From the NCBI GenBank assembly GCA_002269645.1, contig NIVC01000327.1, positions 437,696 through 501,695 of the forward strand: a stretch of DNA of 64,000 nt. The letters are read 5' to 3'. The notes beneath the pieces are model-generated. The model made no database searches. It was not told the origin of the DNA and was given only the letters and a program-made list of their open reading frames with translations. Of the stretch, positions 58,795-64,000 are shown piece after piece (position 1 is the stretch's first letter; every line of letters starts with the position of its first letter). A program made the position numbers and the translations under genes. The stretch is from Macrostomum lignano. Its lineage: Eukaryota.

Positions 58795-61112
58795 CAAGGA
58801 AAACTTGATAACTCAGGACCGGAAACGAGCCAATTCATGGCGAAAAAAGTATGAGGCTCGTTTAAAAGCATTGTTCTATGGCCCATCCGTATGCGCATGC
58901 TTTCAGTTGCCAATGTATACGCGTATCATATTTGACTTTTTGATAGGCAGTCAGAAGGCGGGTGCAGGGTCGGTTTTCTTGAATGTTGAAGTTTGATTGC
59001 ATAAAGTAACCGTCGTGAAAATACACAATGGGAAGCTGTACATGCAGCACATGTATAAGGAAACTCGAGAAAAATTTACGATTTTTTCTTTATCTGAACT
59101 ACAAACAGAGAGGAAAATAGCTCGTAACAGTCACAGAACGGGACAAGAGCTGACCATGATAAATAGTGAAGTGTTTGCTCCAGGTTCGCTCACTGTCCAC
59201 TCAGCTTCAGTATTTTTCTATCGTGCACTTTATCCGGCGAAGGAGCGCTCTTTGCTCCTCGTTGAACATAACCCTTGAAGAAACAGTTGGTGAGGCGCAC
59301 GCAGCATCCCAGAACATCTGCTTCAGGGAAGTAAAACTCGCCAACGGCAGCAAACAATTTGCGCACTCGCAAAGCACATGACGGTGATCGCAGCGAAATG
59401 AAGCATCCGAAACAAAGGCAAGCAAAATTGAACAGCCACTTTGGCGGGTGCTTCAACTTTCCCCGGGAAATCATTTCAGTGAATTCACCGAGTGGGGTGT
59501 TTAAAGTTTCGGCAATTTTCTCCTTAAACGTTATGTAGCCTGAAATGTTATTATTATGCCTAAGTTGTCCTTCGCCTCAGCAATCGTTATTTCCATCCAA
59601 GTTCAAGTAACACAAATGCATGCCTTACCTGCAATATAATAAACAGATGCCTTTTCGGCCATTGATAGGCTCTCAGCTTTTACGTAGCAGTCATCGAGCG
59701 TCGAATTTTCTTCGTCTGAAAGGGGCGTGTCGCAGCAAAGTCCTTTGTTGTGCACGAATTCATCCAGCTCTAACACAGTGTAGAGTTTCATTCGTCGGAG
59801 TCGAGCGCTGAGAAGAACTTGCTCTACTGAGATAAAGTAATTGCCTCCGCTCATTTGGCGATAAACACCAAATTCTGCTTCCAGAGGATCACTTTGCAAC
59901 TCCGCTATGAGAATGTACGTTGCACCAGATTCGCAGAGCAGTCGTTCGCATACTCGTAGTTCTATGATTGCATGAATAGTGTAAGCTAATGACCTCTTCG
60001 TCTCTGACATCAGAGATTGGTGTCTTGTTCTTCCCTTTCCACTGCGCATCTCCTCAATCAATTCGCAAAGCGCGCGCAGGAACTTGATGTTTGGATCTTG
60101 AACTGAATAGACAGCCCGTCTGTCTGGGTCATTAAGTCTAACATGAAGATGCGGGTTCTTGCAGTTCACAATTTTCCAGAATTTAACCGAAAGCATCGCA
60201 CGGAATAGTTTGGTGAAACGAAAACCCGCAGAACCATTTCGGCATTGGCGCTTAACGAGAAGATAAACACCTCCTCTTGAACAATGGTAACAATAAGCTG
60301 ATATGCTTTGATGACGTCTGAACAGTGAATGGATGCTCGGAATTCAGTCCACGATGGCAGCGTGTCACGCTCTCGAAATTCTACTAGTTCATCGTGGAAA
60401 AGGCATCGTTCGGACAACAGCACGCCCCTTCCCTCAGCCTGTCGACTGGCACGCACTGCAATATCCAAGCACGCATCTTAGTGTTTCGTTTCGACCCTAT
60501 TTGATTGAGTGCAAATGCGCTCGAATATTAAAATTAAAGCAGTAGAACTTCACAAACTTTGTGTTTGAACGAGGCAGGACTGCGGGACTCCGTCGAAAAC
60601 TGATGGTGGATGTAGCGGCCTTTCATTTCTTCCCTTTTTTATCATTGGTGCATCTTGAGGCCAGTGCTTAGCACACACGCCCATGTAGTCTGTCACGGTC
60701 TAAACAACAACAAAATTGTTAATGAATTCATGGGGCCAGGCTAAATCTGATTCACAAAGCACATTTGTAGAAAGTCTTACCGTCAGTTGATTAGGCAGTG
60801 ACAGCCGCCAAGCCTCTCGTTCAGTTGTTGCATCCTTAGGAAACGAAAATACTGCAACATTCCGATCACGGTTACTATTGTAATTTGCACAACAAAAAAT
60901 GACGCTGCATTTTCTCGGCATGATATTTAGTTTCAGCGAGAATAAAATTTCTCTCTCTCAATTGCAAGTGCATGCGAAGAACTCAATTTTCAGCTCAGAT
61001 TTCTTCGCTTTCGTAGCTTTGGATGGGCCATAGAACAATGCTTTTAAACGAGCCTCATACTTTTTCGCCATGAATTGGCCGTTTCCGGTCCTGAGTTATC
61101 AAGTTGTCCTTG
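58795..61112 (-). mobile_element. P-element (THAP9-like) DNA transposon, internally deleted, with TSD
   Basis: ~92-bp TIRs starting CAAGGA (58795-58888 / 61021-61112); 8-bp TSD TTGTTTAC on both sides; spliced THAP domain (60921-60781, 60699...) KCSV.FCC...FPKD...W...|VCAKHW...PPSVF; C-terminal LQSDPLEAEFG.YRQMSGGN and YYIAG|Y. Confidence 0.95.
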
Positions 61113-62287
61113 TTGTTTACTTAATGCCAACGCAATTAGCGGGCTAAACTCATAGGTCAGTTAAACTAAGCGTCTGTTTCAATGTTTTTTCTATGTCCGA
61201 AACCCACTTTCTTGGCATTTAATTTAATAAAAAGGGACACAAAAATTCTTTTTTTCCTATTTGCTGTTAAATTGTGCAATTTTTTTCTTATCCAGTACGT
61301 ACTACTTACAGCAGTTTGCTATAAATGTTTTAGTTGTAACGTATTTTTTGTTTTAAATGCAATCTTCTAAAATATCAAACAACTGTCAACTTTGTTTTAA
61401 CTGTTGTCCGCCTTTTTATCTTAGGGGGTACTGCTAGTAATTTATACGAATAGTTATTTATTGTTGTAAATATTAATTTGCTTTATGCACTCTTTTTTTA
61501 GTTTGAATCTTTACAGTACTATATTTTGCAATTTTTTATTTATCGAGTACTTTAAGTTTTGTAAAATGAGTTGAGTAATAAATAATATTAATAATGCTAA
61601 ATGCTGTTACTAAGTAGTGTAGGAACTGCATTTATTTATTAATTTAATATTTATTATTATATTTCAACAGTTTTGTATAAACTTTGTTTAAATTAAATTA
61701 TAGACATAGCCTATAACTAAGATTTTTAGTTCTTCATATGTCATAGCCATAAAAGATAAAAACACAATATAGCTTTTTATTTAAGTTCTTAATTTGGGTT
61801 TAATAAACAGGTCATGGCCATAAAAGTTACAAACATTAAAACCATCGTCCCACCTTTGAAGACGACAGCGTCTTCATTCACTAGTTATTTACTTGGCGCA
61901 TGCAATACAAAGCCCACCCCTTCTCCTAAACAGCCGCCAATCCCCAACCCCAACATGAAAGATTACGACAGCTACTGAGGTAGGGTGTGTATATTATGAC
62001 TATAGTACTCGTAGTAGCTAACTTAGCGTTTAATTTTCCAACCAATCATAGAATTCCCTGTTCAAATTTGTTTAAATATCTCATTTTGTTTGAATTTTTG
62101 TTTGTTTGAATCTTGCCTTTTTGTTTGAATGCGTCCCCCATTTTTCCCAAAATTTAGTATAAAAGGAGGCGAGTTGGCCAAAAAAAATTGACCTGGTGTT
62201 ACCTGATTAACTATCGAGAACTCTTAGTAAGCAAACTTGAAGTTTTTGGCTAAGACTTATCTCGCTATTTCTTTCATAAAAAGTAAA

Positions 62288-62485
62288 ACCAGAGGTCGTG
62301 GAGACCCTAGACCAGGATTCTAGATAGGAAAACCAGAGGTCGTGGAGACCCAAGACCAGGATTCTAGAGACGGCAGTCAGAGGTCGTGGAGACCCAGAAC
62401 TAGGTATCTGGAATAGGGAAATTTGAGGTCGTAAAGACCCAGAATAGAGGTTAAAGGTGGGATCTTGAGGTCGTACAGACCCTAA
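62288..62485. repeat. Degenerate ~40-bp tandem repeat (accagaggtcgtggagaccc...)
   Basis: About five copies of gaggtcgt(g/a)...gaccc. Confidence 0.7.
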
Positions 62486-63092
62486 GAAAGCCGTACAGGC
62501 TAACAATAGACATTAGGCACTAGGAGATTAGATATTAGGGACGTAGGTTAGTTGCCGCTGGACACCCTTGATCCTCGGAAAACGCTAGGCTTTCGGACTG
62601 AATTAAGGAATTAGACAGTGTCTTACCGCTCGGGCACTACACGCTATCACAAGGTTTCTAGGAAGCCGTGTGAAATTAGAAGTTTCTAGGAGAGAGTAAT
62701 AGATTAGGGCTGCGAACGCTACTCAAAGTAGATATATTAGTGACAATTTATAGGATAGGGAGATTAGAACTAAAGAACTGCAGCAAATTGGTGAGATAAT
62801 TTCAGTAGGAACCACAAGGGCTAGCACACTACTATAACTTTGCAGAAATCATTAGACAATTGTGATTTCTCATATTCTCTCAATTATCAACAGCAGTAAA
62901 AACTCTTCACCGTTGAAATCAACGCCCACCCATCTTCAGTCTCAAACTGTAGCACAATCTCGTGAATCTCCTTATTACTCAATGCTGCAACTCTTTTCAC
63001 TGGATTTGGTTTCTCTACCAGTATTTGTCCTCCAGCTACAGAGTTAGAGATGTTGTACAAAATATTCGTTCGCTTTCCCTTAAATACCCAAT

Positions 63093-63761
63093 CTAGACTG
63101 AGATCTGAGATCTAGACTGAGATTCTAATCTACTGATTAGAATATTCAAACCCTTTACAATGTCTGCAATATTGGGTGCTAAGAACAAACCGCTTACACT
63201 TTCCCGGGCCATGCAAACGACCCCCGATGATTTCGGCGCTTGAGTGCCGGTCCGCGCCGTGGATTTTACCTTATTAACTTTCTTTTCGAATCCCAATTCC
63301 CTATACTAAGTGTCATCTTTAAACTCAACCTCCGCATCTTTGTGAACTTGCATGACCACTCTCATTACAGTGAGATCATAGGCTAGTTTGACAGGGAACA
63401 GTTCTGGCTTAATCGGATCAGGTGTCTCAAAATGGCCTCTTTTAGTAAAGACGTTTTCTAGAAAGTAATTGTAGGTATCCACACTTTGCGTGCTCACAGG
63501 GAATACCACAGGTTCTGCTGCCGCACCTTTCCATTAGTAATAAAACTTATTATTTGCTGCCGTCACATTGGGAACGTTTGATCAACCAGTGAAGTCGTTA
63601 AGATAGACATGGTAATAAGCACCTGGATCCAGGCGAACCGCCTGCTCTAATTTTTGAACAAATATCTTGTTTGAGTCATTAATTCGCCCAGTTATTGTAA
63701 TAGGATTGCTCTCCTTAGAGTGAGAAATAATATTATTTAGTCTTTCAGCAATCGCTTCCAT
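63093..63761 (-). pseudogene. Polinton/Maverick minor capsid (penton-like) protein, decayed
   Basis: MEAIAERLNNIISHSKES...RLDPGAYYHVYLNDFTG*SNVPNVTAANNKFYY*...PVSTQSVDTYNYFL...ELGF...NIADIVKG resembles the recalled PNI..NNxFxY and LGF patterns; several in-frame stops. Confidence 0.55.
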
Positions 63762-63780
63762 TTTTTGTCCTAAAATTTTT

Positions 63781-64000
63781 TTAAACTTCACTGGATGAAT
63801 TGTCGATCATGTTAAGCTTCACCTTCCTCTCAAATGCATAGATAATGTACAGGTCCACGGGTGTTGCGACAGTCCTCTCAATGTTAGTCACAATATTCAC
63901 AGGGCTGTTATCAGTAGCATTTGTCTGGCAGACACATCAGCGCCAAACATCGGATATAGAGTTCCATATTGAAGAGCAGTGATAACAATTCCATTGTTCT
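63781..64000 (-). pseudogene. Polinton/Maverick major capsid protein C-terminus, decayed (continues beyond the window)
   Basis: GIVITALQYGTLYPMFGADVSARQ/NATDNSPVNIVTNIE...LYIIYAFERKVKL resembles the YPxFxxDxSxQ...VDIxI C-terminus; one frameshift; directly precedes the penton-like gene. Confidence 0.5.

Overview
Eukaryotic (animal) genomic DNA. The style, with a different minisatellite in almost every intron, suggests a flatworm such as Macrostomum; this is inference and is not proven here. The left ~27 kb holds two divergently oriented host genes. One is an SLC4 Na+-coupled bicarbonate transporter on the minus strand (11 exons reconstructed, 13606 down to 138, continuing off the left edge). 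The other is a three-exon, highly divergent TGF-beta/BMP-family ligand on the plus strand (21367-27153, 446 aa). From ~28 kb to the end there is no recognisable host gene, only stacked mobile elements. These are three Ty3/Gypsy retroelements, a PIF/Harbinger element, a head-to-tail Helitron concatemer ending in an intron-containing RepHel gene, a P element with an 8-bp TSD, and decayed Polinton/Maverick capsid genes. Crypton- and MULE-type fragments lie between the two host genes. The most striking observation is a Ty3/Gypsy Gag carrying a cold-shock (UNR/CSDE1-like) RNA-binding domain between its CCHC knuckle and protease. Also notable are an RPA-like OB fold spliced in frame into a Helitron RepHel N-terminus, a dispersed repeat built around the 28S rRNA R2/I-PpoI target, and triplicated tRNA-Leu primer-binding sites. 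All calls are by eye from motifs; no database searches were run.
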